A stretch of DNA of 64,000 nucleotides. Origin: Schmidtea polychroa. Its lineage: Eukaryota. The position numbers and the translations under genes are program-made. Under the pieces are notes generated by a model, which did not search any database, was not told where the DNA came from, and worked only from the letters and a program-made list of their open reading frames with translations. Shown here piece after piece: positions 26,130 to 39,804 of the stretch (within the stretch, counting starts at the first letter, position 1; each line of letters opens with the position of its first letter). Location: the NCBI GenBank assembly GCA_044892525.1, contig CM097885.1, positions 78,802,001 to 78,866,000 of the forward strand, written 5' to 3'.

Positions 26130-27849
26130 ATGGCAAGCTTACAGCAGTCTCCCCAGTCGCCATTGAAAATAAATAGCCCAGCTGGAGACGATTGCCAAAT
26201 GATCGCGTTGCCTTATTCAACTCGAGTCCTGAGTAAATTGTCATCGGGATTCGACGAGAGGTTACGAGAAGACCTAACCAGTAAAATGGCCCAATATTCC
26301 AAATTCAAAGTCCGCCTGGAAGTTGTGGATGGACAGAAACAGTTTGTCTGTTCCACATGCCAGTATCGATCGGTGCATTCATTGGCAGATGTCCGCAAAC
26401 ACATCCTCGGATGCCACTGCAGTGTCAGTACGAGTTACACACGGCTTTGTTTGCGGGCCAGTCGATTAGACACCAACACTTTCTCTCTCTTCTCTGATAG
26501 GAAATTGATTTCATTCGCCAATGAGAAACTGAAGCGAGCGGAATCCGGAACCGGCTGGGATGCCAATGGAGACACAAGTGCAATGCAACTGCTCGATGAC
26601 AGTGAACCGGAGCAAGAAAGCCCGATCGACACAATCAATCGACCAATCAAACGAGTAGCAATTTCCAGTGGAGCTGTGGGCAGTATTAAACGAGCAAAGC
26701 TAACCCAGCGACAAAGCCACTCAGCGAAAATGCGATCGGACTCCCCAGTTCCAGAGGTGATCAATGGTTTTTGTCCTGGTGCCTGCTCGTTATTGATTTT
26801 TCTAGGTCGGCCAGCCACTGGAGCGAAACGAAAAAATTGATCGCACAATCCATTTGAACTATTCCTGGCACGTTCTCGAGCGGCTGGTAGTGGGCCAGTG
26901 TCCGGAACGGTACCTGCCAATATTGCGGCAGAAAATGGATGTGTATGCGCTCCATCGGATTCTGTTGACCCGTCGCAATGGCAAGCGGTATTTCCTGTGC
27001 TCTCATTGCCCGAACTGTTCCCCACACGGAATGAATGACATCCGCAAGCATATCCTCGGTGTCCATGCCCGTCTCCCGGAACGGTTCAAGGCCGCTGCCA
27101 TGTACTGCTCCCGGATGAATCGGGACAACTATGGCCTCCTATCGGATGATGAGCTACTCAAGAAAAACCAGGATATGGTTCGATGGCGGTCGGTGCCCCC
27201 GTCCAACGGTAGCGATGATAACCTGATGGAACCGTTGCTACCTCTTCAATCAGCTGTCACGACAACGGCTACTGGTTACGACGATGACAACAACAACAAC
27301 AACAACAACAGCAACAGTAAATCCCCTCTTTCACAGTGTCACAATGACAACAGTTTCAATAACCATAATAAATCATCACACAACATCTTTCTATCCGGTG
27401 ACAACAACGGTGGTGAGACAAGCCCCTATTCGTCGTCATTAGCAACCGACATGTTTCCCAGCCAATTCTTGGCTCAGTACGATGACAACAACAATCATGG
27501 ATTGCAGACATTCTTTTCCAGCATTTTCCATCCAAATATCAACAGCAGCACCATTGGCAACAGTGACATTTACACCACCGATTCAAACCCGCACAAATTC
27601 TCAGGAACAATGAATAATAACATCAAAACCAGCAACAGCAACAGCAACAACAAAAACAAAAACAACGATGCTTCAAGTGAATCATCTCCGAAACTAATTG
27701 ATGACAACTCGCCGGTTGCGTCTATGATGATGATGATCAATATGAACTCCAGCGGCGGTAAGCTGCTTAGCAACGGTCGCAGCAGACGATCTCTAGCACT
27801 TAAATCTAAGAACGCCGGCGGCAGCACCACAAATAACAACAATAGTTAA
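26130..27849 (+). CDS. 556-aa protein with two ~100-aa repeats each holding an atypical C2H2 finger, plus an Asn-rich tail; exons 26130-26756 and 26806-27849
   Basis: A 49-nt GT-AG intron joins the two ORFs in frame. Repeats are CSTC...DVRKHILGCH...SRLD...LFSD and CSHC...DIRKHILGVH...SRMN...LLSD. Confidence 0.85.
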
Positions 27850-27939
27850 AAACACAATTACACTCACCACTACACTGAGCAGCAGCAATACGACAACTAT
27901 CTAGCAATTTGCAAGCATTGATTGAGTCTATACCTGTAT

Positions 27940-28030
27940 ATTTTTATGATTATTTTCGTTTATATTTATTATTATCATTATTATTATCATTATTATTATT
28001 ATCATTATCATTATTATTATCATTATTTTT
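27940..28030. repeat. (ATT/ATC)n microsatellite
   Basis: attatcattattattatcatt run. Confidence 0.85.
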
Positions 28031-29492
28031 GAGCAGCACTACCATCAGTAACAACATCGATCTTACCATTTTGTGGAAATGTCACCTTTTCCATCGCAGT
28101 GCTCAAGCACAATAGGTATATATTTATATATGTCGTTGTTGTTGACCGACCGGTGATATTGATGATAATGATGATGATGATGATTCTGGTGATCAATCGA
28201 TCGATCAGTGCACCACATTTGTTTCTCTCTCTCTCTATCTCTCTCTCTCTGTTTCTCGTGTGTTGCTGTTGCTGCTTAGAAATCGATTAAATCACGAGAG
28301 AAATGTTATTTCTCTGTTGCTGGCCACACAATGCCAAGCTGCATCATGGTCATCATGAAACCTTATTTATTTTTATTATTTAATATTATTATTGGTATTA
28401 TTAAAATCTTATTTAAAGGAGTCTGGAAAAGAATATATGTAATATATTTATATTTATATATGAAAAATCTGTGGACAAACAGTTAATTCTTTATTGACGA
28501 GTGCTCAACTGCTCAACACCATTATTATCGTCTGTGTTGTACTGTTGCTGATGCTGATAGTAATATCGATGCCGATGGTAATATTTTGAGATGACTATTT
28601 GTTTCAGTCGCTGTGCTGCTATTCTTGCAAAATATTATTATCATCATCATCATCATTATATTCATCACATATATATCTCTGTAGTTATATTGTCATTGTC
28701 AGCTGCTCGTGCTCTCGGAATTGTGATGCCTTCACTCATTTATTGATTTTGTATTTAATATATTATAATATTATTACTACTCTTTTTATTGCTGTCATAC
28801 GTACAACTACAGTATCCGATGATATACCAACATTATAATTTAATTTAACAGGTTACAACTTGTCGGCGATAGCTCACTCGACACTCATACGATTTATTGC
28901 GAGAAAGAGAGAAGAACTGGAATAGTATAATTAGTACAGTGCGGATAATCACAGTTGTACAATGTGATACCGAATGAACAAGCACTTACAGAGATAGATT
29001 AGACAGTGGATTAGGACGATGTACGACACGAGCCATCTCTAGTGCATATTTGATTGAATGAGTAGTTTTGAGCTGTTCGTTTTTATCTGACACATACCAA
29101 CTAGATAAGTTATTTTACTGTTTTATACTGCCTGCTTGAACTTTGTGCTAACAACTAGAATCAAGTGAGCTCGGAAAGTAGTCTCATGAATAGTATTTAT
29201 CTCAGAGATATAAGTTTGAGAGCATCTATCTAACCGACCACATGACAAACTATGCACAACTCGATCTGTGAAGGATCGGCTGTCGTCACAAGAACTATAA
29301 CAATTTATCGATCGGATTAATTAATGACGTCACCGATTAATATTCGACACCTGCTAATATTCATACGATATATAATATAATTTGTGTGTGTGTGCGTGCA
29401 CGTTATCCCAAATTATTCAATCAATCAATACAACAATAAATCATTTATTAATTAGTAAAAAATAATCACGAAAAGTTTCATTAACAAAAAAA

Positions 29493-32400
29493 TCATTTTT
29501 TCTTTTTTCCTTTTCCCTTCTTGCCTTTCTTTCCTTTTTTACCTTTCTTGCCCTTTCTCTTTTTCTTTCCATACGGACCCAATCCTTGGCGGGCACAAAT
29601 TGTTCTCCACCAACATTGGATTTTCAATGACGAGGCCACTTCCAGGGCTTCTTTCTCTTTCTTTCTTAGTAATTCTTCCTTTTCGATTCTATCTTTAAGG
29701 ACAACCAACTCGTATTCTTTATACTAAATATAAATAGCGTATTTGTGACATATTAATAAAACAATAAACTCACTGTCTGTGTTAATTCTAGCAAACGTTT
29801 CAAATCTTTGTCTTTGCTACTGTTGAGAATGCTTAAATTCTTTTTCAGAGTTTCGGTATCGGTTTCATATTTTTTCGTCCAATATTTCGTTTTAACTTCG
29901 ATTTTATCAAGATAATCTCGAAGCCAACTTTCAGTTTCATTGTGCACACGCTGTTCATTGTCAATCATTCGATCTAGACATGTTAGATCGGCATGAAGAT
30001 TTTGTTCGGTTTGCTGACAAATCTTGGCTGTCTGTGCTACTTGTGTCTCACATCTGGCTCGTGTGTATTTTAATTCCATGCTTGTTTTAGCTTTTGTCTC
30101 TTGCAACTGATCCTTCAAATGAGCAATCATCTCATTTCGATTTTGGATCTCTTCCAGTTCTTTTCGTTTGACATCTTCAACTTCTCTTTTCAGCTCTTTT
30201 ATTCGCTTGCGACTCAATTCCTCGCTAGATTAAATTTAATAAACCTCTTATTAGGAAACAGCTCAATCACTTTTTGATAACATCTAACAATTGCTGCTTC
30301 ATATTTAATTCATTCTCGACAGTTTTCATGAGATGATTAAACGAACCATTTTGCATTAGTTCTTCATGTGTGGCTGACAACACTTCTTGCAAAAATAATC
30401 TGTTTCATTTATTTAATTATAAATTTGGTAGTGATAATAATAAATTAAAAAGATATTGAAAATCATATAATTATTATTGTTGTTATAAATCTTAATCCGG
30501 GAAATAGAAATACCAACAGAGTAGTAGTAGTAGTCAACACACTATAAATTGGCTTTAGCAGTTAGTGACATAAAATTGACCAATTAAATTATTCCAAATC
30601 GGCCGCATAGCATTCCAGGCCAAAATGACAGTTGAAAGATATGCTTTAGTAATGTGTTTATCAAAAAGAGCTTGAAGACTATAAATCAGTAAATATATCG
30701 ATGTTTTTGATATTCACGAATTTTCGGCACTGTCTTTTTTCAAATTCACTTGAAAAAGGCAGTGCCGAAATTTTTCATAATCCTTCAGAATTAAGAATTA
30801 TCCCGAGGCTATTAAATATTCATGGCAAAATAACCGTGAAAATACTAGAGAAACGCATTTATGTGCAACACAAATAGAAACCACGCAACCAACGGTCAGC
30901 ATTATACAGTGATTAATTAGGGCCTAGCTATGTATTCCAAGAAGAATAAACTTGTTTCTATTTATTGAGTTACTCGTGTTTTCTCAAATAATCTTTCTGT
31001 TCAATAATGATTAAAATCATAGTTTATATTTTATAATATTAACAAATGCTGAATTCAATATAAAACGATGGTTTCGTGGTAGTCACGTCAATTAAAAATA
31101 AAATAATATAATAATTTTCAAGTTTTATTTAGAAAATGAGGTTTCATGAAAGCGTAACAAAATAAATTCTACTTGATAGATTTATTGAAGAACTTGATAA
31201 TAACACGTTGACGACAATCCGTGTTTTGACTTGGTTCTAGCGTAGGAAGACATGTTTTTCTCTTTTGACTCGTATGCATCATTTTTCATGTTTTCAATTG
31301 ACAGTGAAAAAAATTTTTGTTTAGATTTTTATTATTTTGAAAAAAAATTGAATATTTTTTTCAAATGATGATTTTGTAATTTATTTTTCAGGTTGCATAA
31401 ATATAAATTAATAAGTATTTAAAGAGTACATTGAAGATTACACTTAATGAAAAATAATTGTTTTAAAGTAATCAACCTAAAATATGTAAAACTGGAAACG
31501 GATGGTAATTATAAAAATTAAATCATATTAAATATTTCCAAGTTAGAATAGAATTCCTATGAGACGTGTTTGTCAATCGCAAGATTAAAAATCGATATAC
31601 AAAGGATTAAGTTGAGTTATGCTTAAGGCTAGCAAAAAGTTGGATAACGTACGCCCGGTTACTTGTCCGCTCGACAGACGGGTAACCGAATACCCCTTCA
31701 CACCACAATCTTGATATGAAATAGCACTACCTGTAACATCATGTACTTTGTTATTGCAGGAAGACGTAGATAACAGCAAGCGATCAGCGTGCATGGTACA
31801 GAACGACAGTAGCTAACAACTGATGCACGAATTTAATAAACTTTGTTTCTTTGGATAATTTCTGATTTTTGCCATTTTGGCTCATATTTTCACTGTTTTG
31901 AATAAAATATTTTTTATTTTGAATTTGAATTATAAACAGAACGAATGGGTAGTCGATCACTGATTTAGATACCCGGGTAACCGTTGAGAGCCTTAGTTAT
32001 GCTGCGAGATTCTGCAAGTTATTTTCAAGAAACCCGAGAAAAAGGAAACTATTTTTAAAAAAAAGATTCAATTAGAGAAGAGAAATTTATTAAACCTATT
32101 TTGGGTCAAAATATTTCATTTAATAACTTGAATTTCGAGGGCACTTTACAAGTCAAATTTATGAAATTTCTAAGTTATGGATTTCTTCAAATTATTAAAG
32201 ATGAAAACCTTTTATCTTATTGGTCACTGATTTCATTTTCATTTAAACCAGTGCAATAAATTCATGTTAAGTACATAAAAATATTAATCGATGGTCTAAA
32301 AATAAAAAATAAAGATGAAAAATAGAAAATCAATTTTTCTTCTTTTCTGAATAAGAAGAAACTACTACAGGATAGAATATATATTGAAGCTTGTTAAATA

Positions 32401-34332
32401 AAATCCTGAATCAGAAGAATAAAAATACGAAAATTGTATTTGGAATTGTACCAATGGGAACTGTTTAAATACAAGGTCAAAAATGAGGTTCAACGCGGGA
32501 TTTTGGTGTCAAAGGCTTTCCCGGATTAACTTACTAAAATATTGAATCAATCCATTAAAATCGTGAATTGTATCAAGTCGAATCAGCTAAGAAAATGATA
32601 AAAGACTTTTCCAGAGATTTGGATTTTTCTCTCACTATTTTCTCGTAAACCAAATAAGCTGATTTCAATTCAACAATTCCGAATAGTTCCTCAATAAAGA
32701 ATTATCAGAGGTGGCCACTTAAATTGTTCAACGTCAGAGGATTTTATAATTCGAGTTGATAATTGAATTCCGTTGTTTGGTATTTTCTTTAAATTCCAAT
32801 GGAAAAAAAAATAACAAAAGAATCAGTAAGAAAAATGGTCAATATATCCTCATCTTTATTACGAATTAAATCGAAATTTTTAAAACAAATTAATACAACC
32901 GTTAATAAAATTTATTAAATTTAATTAAAAATTATTAAAATTCTGTCAAAATTTGCAAATTAAAACAAAACTAATTCAATTTATAATTTTTTACATTATT
33001 TTATTTTTAACAGTTTTTATTAAAAGTAGTTTTATTTCAATCAATTACAGAATCCAACATGGCCTTATTAAATTTTAATTATAATTTGATTAATGATTTG
33101 TTTCGAAAGAACGCTTAATAAATTCTATTTTTCAATGAGAGGATAAAAATCTATAAACTGGAAACCAAATCAGTGGATAATCAATTTATACCAATGAAAT
33201 AAAATAGCAATTAAAATAAAGGTAATGACTAAAAACATTTTTAGATATCTTCCAATATTCACAATTTAATCTATTGCTAATTTACTTTTATTACCCTTTT
33301 GCTTTCGGTCCCTTTGCGTAGGTATCGCGGTGATGGTGATTCCCTAACTTTGACTGAAGAAAGAAATCTAATCGATTTGGGAAACAATTAAGTTTTCTAA
33401 GAACAATGTTTCGACGTTTTGAATTTCAGATCGGCGCCAATATTCTGAGTTAACTAAATAAGTTAACAAATCTTTGTTGTCTTTGTGTAGTTGATATTTG
33501 TAAATTTGGATTCTCAAGCCTAGCTGAAACGAAGTCGAAAAAATGAGTATAGTGGATTTGATGATGATTACTTGTGCGTATTTTTCTAATGCTGAGAAGC
33601 GTGTCGGTTCACAGAAACAATCCCAATTACCTCATCAAATATTTTGCACAATTCAAAGGAAATTTACACTGGTGTGCTGCAAAAAACTTTAGATATTTAG
33701 TATGCTGTGATATAGATGAGGATGAGAAATTTTAAAAATCAATATAATTTCAGTGTGAATCGTAGCTATTTACCATTTTCCCTCTTCACTATGCTTATTA
33801 AAATTAATTATATGTATATATAATTATAGTAATTATTTCATAATATTTTATTGAATTGTTACCTATCTTCTTGAACTTTCTTAATATTATCCAATGTCAA
33901 AGGATTATGATTCATATTTCGAGTAAAAACATGGACTGAATTTTTTAAATCATTTGAAATATCTTTAATTTGTTTCTTATAATGTTCAGCTTCACTTGGT
34001 AGTACTAATAAAATTAACAATTAAAACTTTAAGAATGTTTTGCTGTAAACTCCATACATCCTTTAGAATTGCTGTATTTGGTTAAAACATGCTGAAATCT
34101 TGTTTCGATATCCATATTATTGATAAGAATTTCTTCAACTTCACCATTTAAGATCTAAAGTTTAGTAATGGTTCAATTAACAAATAAAACCAAAATCTGG
34201 ACGTACGTCTAGCACATCTGGTTGCTCCACATAACTATAAGGCATTATTTTACCGAGAATATTAAGTTGTCGAACATTGTCTTCTAAAGCTGTGGCTAAA
34301 GCAACAGCTTCAGAATCGTATATTACAGACAT
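29493..34332 (-). CDS. IQCG: IQ motif-containing G / dynein regulatory complex subunit 9, 391 aa; exons 34332-34207, 34154-34058, 34004-33863, 30399-30271, 30224-29774, 29723-29493
   Basis: LEDNVRQLNILGKIMP, KKVQEDR, HLKDQLQETKAK, YWTKKYETD, IQ motif KIQCWWRTICAR and a GKK-rich tail match IQCG. All five introns are GT-AG with consistent phases. Confidence 0.93.
30675..30770 (+). repeat. Dispersed short repeat family; related copies near 35800, 38610-38680, 41705-41775, 44558 and 52408
   Basis: Shared core gaagactataaatcagtaa..atcgatgtttttgatattcacgaattttcg. This copy ends in a hairpin ttcggcactg...cagtgccgaa. Confidence 0.75.
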
Positions 34333-36399
34333 AATTTTATATTATCGAGTTTCTAAGATACATATTATTTAAACAAATCACGAAGATATAAAGATATTTC
34401 TGTTTTATTTGACAATTTTTAAAGGTATTTAATGATTAAATTAAATTAAATATAGAAAAAAATGTTATTTTTATGCATTTAAAAATACTTTAAAAAATAA
34501 TTTTGAAATGGATTTCTATCAGATATTGATAATTACATCTATTCAAATTAAAGACTATCCTCAAATGATATGACGTTATCATAAAAATTACTACAAATTA
34601 AATATGAAAGTTTATTTGCTTACAATAACTTCATACCTTCTTCCAATTAAATGAAATCGAAAATTTTGAGTTACTCACAAATTAAACATTTACTTATAAG
34701 ATTTGGATTCCCCAGAATTTTAATCAATACATTGTATTTTGGGATTTCCTGCCTTTGCGAATTCTTAACCAAAGATTTCACTCAAAAATATTATTGAATA
34801 TTATATGTTATACTGAGGTTCAGTAAGGAAGAAAGTAATATGTGATTTTGTTGATCTAACTTTGTCTTTTAAACTCATTTTACGTAGCTAAGCCATTATT
34901 AATTGTCATAAGTTTATTTGGTACAGCATCAATTACTATTTACTGTTGTAATAACAATTTAATTAAAATTTTGCAAATATATTTCTCCAATTTCTTTATA
35001 CTGCATGCAAATTCCTATTTTCCGAGACATTTTGTCAAAAAGTAACATCAAATTTAAACATCAAAATTATCAGAATCTACCGTAACCAAATTGTTCCACT
35101 TTTGATAATCAATTGACATTTAAATTTAAACTCTTTCCCATGTTCGAAAAAAAAATTTTTACGGTTGCGTTATTACAACATTTCGGTAGGAAATAAATAA
35201 TATTATGAATTTTCGTGTCCTTTCTATTGAAGAAACATAACTCAAAACAATAAACTTTATTTCCGATATAGTAATTCTAAATTTTTAATAGATAAGCACT
35301 CAACAATCACGAATTTTATATGCTCCGCAAGCTATTGTATTTAACTATATTGGTTTTAACTATGGGTAATCCCGAGGAGAATCGGCTCAAATTTTGTCAC
35401 ATAAGAATGTGACTTGACTTCTCTGCATGATCCTACTATTAATTTCTTTGAATAAGACGACAAATTAGATCATATTTATTTGATCTTATATAAGGATATC
35501 TCAACATTTATCAATAGAATTTTTAAACCATATCACTGTTTTACAAACTCCTTAACCTGAACAAAAAATTTATTTTCAATCACTTTTCTTCCGCTTGACA
35601 GTCTATTATTATATTTGTGTAGCTCAGGGACTTTTTTTCTAACTGAAATGATCAATGCCACCAACAGGATTTTAAATAATAAATTAATAAATTTGTATCT
35701 TAGTAATTAATAACCCATTAATTTAGAATAAATATATTTGTGTTTTATTGTTTCGTATGATGCCCCGATACCTTAAATTAAATTTATATATACGTGGTCA
35801 TCGATATATTACTGATTTATAGTCTTCAGTCTTTCTTTTTAATAAATTTAATAAATTCAATATTTAGTCGTATATATCTAAATATATTGGTATTTGTTTT
35901 AATCAGTTATTACTTAATTAATAAATTTTACAATTTATTTTAAAATACCCATCAAAAGAGTGCATTATTGCAGTGTCATTCGTTTTCTCTTTATAAAAAG
36001 CTGAGTGCTGTTTATGGCGATGAATAGTTATCAAATGCAACTATTTACCGTTGGCAGAATAAATTTCTGAGTGAAAGAACTTCAATTTATGATAAGGATA
36101 AGCCAAGTAGACATTGTGAAATCAAAGAAAAAAATGGAAGACCTAAAATATAGTTCAGGCTGAGTGAAAAATTACAACTAGAGAGTTAGTAATGCGCCTG
36201 AATGTGAGTAAAAGCACTACTTATACAATACTCAAATAAAGTAGAATAAGAAAATTATATTATCGCTTTGTATTATGTTTTTATTGCTGAAATACAAAAT
36301 CGACGTCTGTAGTGTTGCGAAGAAAATCTTCAAATCTTGGACGTTAGATAGCATTTTTTTGAGAATATTATTACCATGGATGAGATAACACTTTATTTA

Positions 36400-37020
36400 T
36401 GTTCCATAGTTTAAACTGGAATCTGAAATGTGGAAACTACATAGAGAGGTCTGTTCTAAGAAGATGAAGTCATCAACTAGTCATTGAAGGGCGCTCATAC
36501 TGACTGTGTTTTCGGATGTCAGTGGCATAATTCTAGTTGATTTTGCCAAAGTGGTGTTCAAATTAACAGCTCATAATACTACAAACTTGTGCAAGAAACA
36601 AGGAAGCTCCAGTCACAATTAGTGGTTATTGTTTTGGTTGGTTGTGAATTCATGTTACAATTACACAATGAAGCTCCAATGTAAAAGCATCGTGTGTGGG
36701 CTCTATGACTTACACGATAACATTTCCCATCCAAACGAGTGTAGTTTCAATGGGAAAAATTGAGAGTTGTGAACGTATCGTGCTTTTCCATCTTCCATAC
36801 AGGCCGGATTTGGCTCCTTTAGACTTATATGTGTTTAATCACCTCAAGAAATCTCCTGCGAGATCAGCCGTTTGCTATAAAATACCATTGTAAAAATGGA
36901 GTGACGCATTTTCTTCGTGAAAATTCTCCGAATTTCTTCAGAATCGCTTTCCAAACCCGAGTTTCACGCCGACAAAATGTGTCGATGTAAATGGAAATTA
37001 TTTTGAGAAATAAATCCTAC
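36400..37020 (+). mobile_element. Decayed mariner transposase remnant (left arm)
   Basis: HLPYRPDLAPLDLYVFNHLKK resembles mariner HPPYSPDLAPSDYxLF; upstream TVF.D..GIILVDF-like segment. Confidence 0.75.
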
Positions 37021-39227
37021 ATGACTTACTTCTTATAAATACAATATATTTGCGTTCGTTTATTTATTTCTATATGGGTCTCACTAGTTATAGGGCACAC
37101 CACGAATTTGATTTACATTCTAATATTTTTGTAAAATAATTCTTAGTATGAGGTCTTCTATAAATGAATACTTGTTTATATTTTTACAATTTAATTAAAC
37201 AGGGTGACATAGATGGTCACTATAATTTATTTATTTCTTTTTCCAATAACACTTTCACATAAATTAAACATTCTATTAAATTTTATATTTGTTATAATCT
37301 TAAAGTTTCTAATATTTCATCCAAAAGATTTATATTACTTTTTCTGAAAAAAATTTTTTACACCTTTTATTAAATTTTCCATTCAATTGTTGTGGTTCAA
37401 CAAGAAAGGTACAAAAATGAGGTTGTTGGGTTTTAATATTTTTGAGTCGGTACTGTCTGACTTCTTGTGTTCCTTTAATTGAAAATCACAAATAACAAAA
37501 CTACCCAACGTATATTACAAATTTTTACAATTAACCGGATATGCAAATAATATTATTTATCAATTACTCGATCAAGCTCTGCTGCATGATATCTGGACTA
37601 TGTGGGATTCACTATAAAAATCACCTTTTAATATTCTTGTTTTCCTTTAACGTTACTCTTTATTCTGATTCCCTAATTTCCTTTGATTCAATTCTTCCCT
37701 TTTTATTTTTTTGGTTTCCTTTAATCTTTTACTCTTCCCCTTTTTATCGTTTAACAATACTACTTTTTATTTCTTCAATTACCGTTTCCCTACCCTTTGT
37801 CTTCTCGTATCTTAATTTTCCTTCAAACCTAACCTCGATTTCTTCCATCCCTAACTAAGGCAAACTGCCGATTATTTTGAATTTCGACTTTGCTTTTATA
37901 CTAAAATAATCACTTTGATTAATTGGTTTTTGACCGGATCGCCTTTATCTGACAATGGTTTGACAACCGGTTTTATCGAACGCTTTTTGAACCATATAGT
38001 GATTAATTGCCTCCCTTTGTTAATCCTTTGTGGTAGCCATAAACTTTGTTTGTCTCCATTAATCATGCTGTCATGATAATGGCCTTCCGAGATTCTGATT
38101 TTGTTAATTTTCCATGTTAATCGAGCTCGGGTTTCCTTCATCTCTCGGGTTCTCTATTGGCTCGAGTTTCCTATTAGCTCGGGTTTTCTATTAGCCAATT
38201 AATTAATTAATTAAGGATTTTTTGTTTTAACACCTTCGAATACTTTTCGACTCTTTCTAAACATTTCTGATAAATTTCTAATCACCATCTTGTTAACCAT
38301 TACCTAATCTATACCTGCCTCGTTTTTCCGATTCAATTTCGATAAATTTAGAATTTATTGATTTTTTCGGATTTGCGAATTTTTGCCTTTCGTAACTGCT
38401 TTTGCTATTTCCTAATACTGTTTCCATCATAATTTCCTTTGCCACCAATTCTGTGCATGACCACAATTTTATTTGTCTTTTTCATTCGAACTACATTTTA
38501 TTTAAATTTCTTTTAATTTACTGACCTCAACAAGGTAAAAAATCAATAAAAACATCAAATTCACAATAATAATTTGAAGAATAAAAATATTATTTAAAAA
38601 AATGCACTTGGAAAAGGCAGTTCCGAAAATTCGTGAGTATCAAAAAACATCGATGTATTATTGATTTATAGTCTTCAAGCTCTCTTTTTCATAAATGTGA
38701 CTCCTATTGACGTTTTATTTTGATAAATCGTCTTTGCTTTGCTTTCAACTAAAACTTTTGTCCTGCATTTTTATTTGGTTTCCCCAAACGAAGTAGAAAT
38801 TTAAAAACTTTACAACACTTACATGTAACTTGTCGGTTAACGATTATTATAATTTCAATAAGGAATGATTGCATAGAGATTGACAAATAAGAAAGAGATT
38901 TACAAAGAAAAGAACAAATTAATTAAAGAAATAAAGAATTAAAAATTAAAACAAATTTGCTTCTCATTTAAAGGCAACCGAACAAATAGATAATTCTGTT
39001 AGTGAAATTATTAATGTGATTCCCTTGAATTGGAGCATTTGACATGGCGTGTAGATTGATATATATTACCAAATATCAAGTGTCTAATAATAGATAAAGC
39101 TGTGAAATGTATAGAAATAATAATTTAGCGATCGGAAAATCTGAGCGGGTGCGTTGAAAATGTATAGAATTATGAAATGGTAATGAAATAGAAAATGATA
39201 TAAATCGACGTGAAAATGAATTATTTC

Positions 39228-39381
39228 AAACTTACTTGGTGTTGGTGCTACCGTGATCACTCAGGCGGTACACCCGGAGCGAGGCTTTGTCATTGCACTG
39301 CGATGGGGTTGACCTCCGCGCTTCTCCAAATCGGATAAGTCGAACATGTAATTTTTGTTAGTGGGGACTTTCGGGTCCCTG
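39228..39381 (+). ncRNA. U1: Variant U1 snRNA (U1b), 5' end AAACUUACUUGG
   Basis: SL1 loop GAUCACUCAG, SL2 loop CAUUGCACU, SL3 CCAAAU, Sm site AAUUUUUG, SL4 GGGGAC-U-UUCG-G-GUCCCU. All stems pair. Confidence 0.92.
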
Positions 39382-39649
39382 ATGAAAATTAAATTAATAT
39401 TTTTTTATCTATCTTGTTTCTCAATACTTCAATTTATTATTAATATCAACGAAATATTATTTATCTCAATTCACTCAATAATTAAACTTTAACCAAAAAA
39501 AATTATAGTTCCATTAAACTAATGTAAATCAAATAATGAAGTCTGTAAAATTCTATTTTACAGCTTCGTTATAAATTATTTTAAGATAAAATCATTAGTA
39601 GCAGAAATTTGTGAATTTTATATTAGAGAATGGCTTGGTGAATAAATTC

Positions 39650-39804
39650 ATACTTACCTGGCGCGGTTTAACCATGATCATCGAGGTGGTTTTTCCAAGA
39701 TGAGATTACTTCATTGCACTCTGAAGTGGTTGACTCTTGCGACTGCTCCAAATAGGGGTGGCTCGAGCGCACAATTTTTGGTAGTGAGGACCATTTGGAT
39801 CCTT
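39650..39804 (+). ncRNA. U1: U1 snRNA (U1a), canonical 5' end AUACUUACCUGG
   Basis: SL1 loop GAUCAUCGAG, SL2 loop CAUUGCACU, SL3 CCAAAU, Sm site AAUUUUUG followed by GUAGUG, terminal hairpin AGGACC-AUUU-GGAUCCU. Confidence 0.96.

Noticed and set aside
37541-38141. Mirrored ORFs of 105 and 81 aa (also 42244-42844) as genes
   Set aside because: Compositionally biased, no recognisable motif; identical only because of the palindrome.
38120-38200. Four short ctcgggttt-like units as a CRISPR-like or regulatory array
   Set aside because: Degenerate ~18-nt minisatellite without unique spacers, in a eukaryotic context.
39100-39650. Shared PSE upstream of U1a and U1b
   Set aside because: Only weak AT-rich similarity (agaa.tt.tgaa) at different spacings; not supportable.
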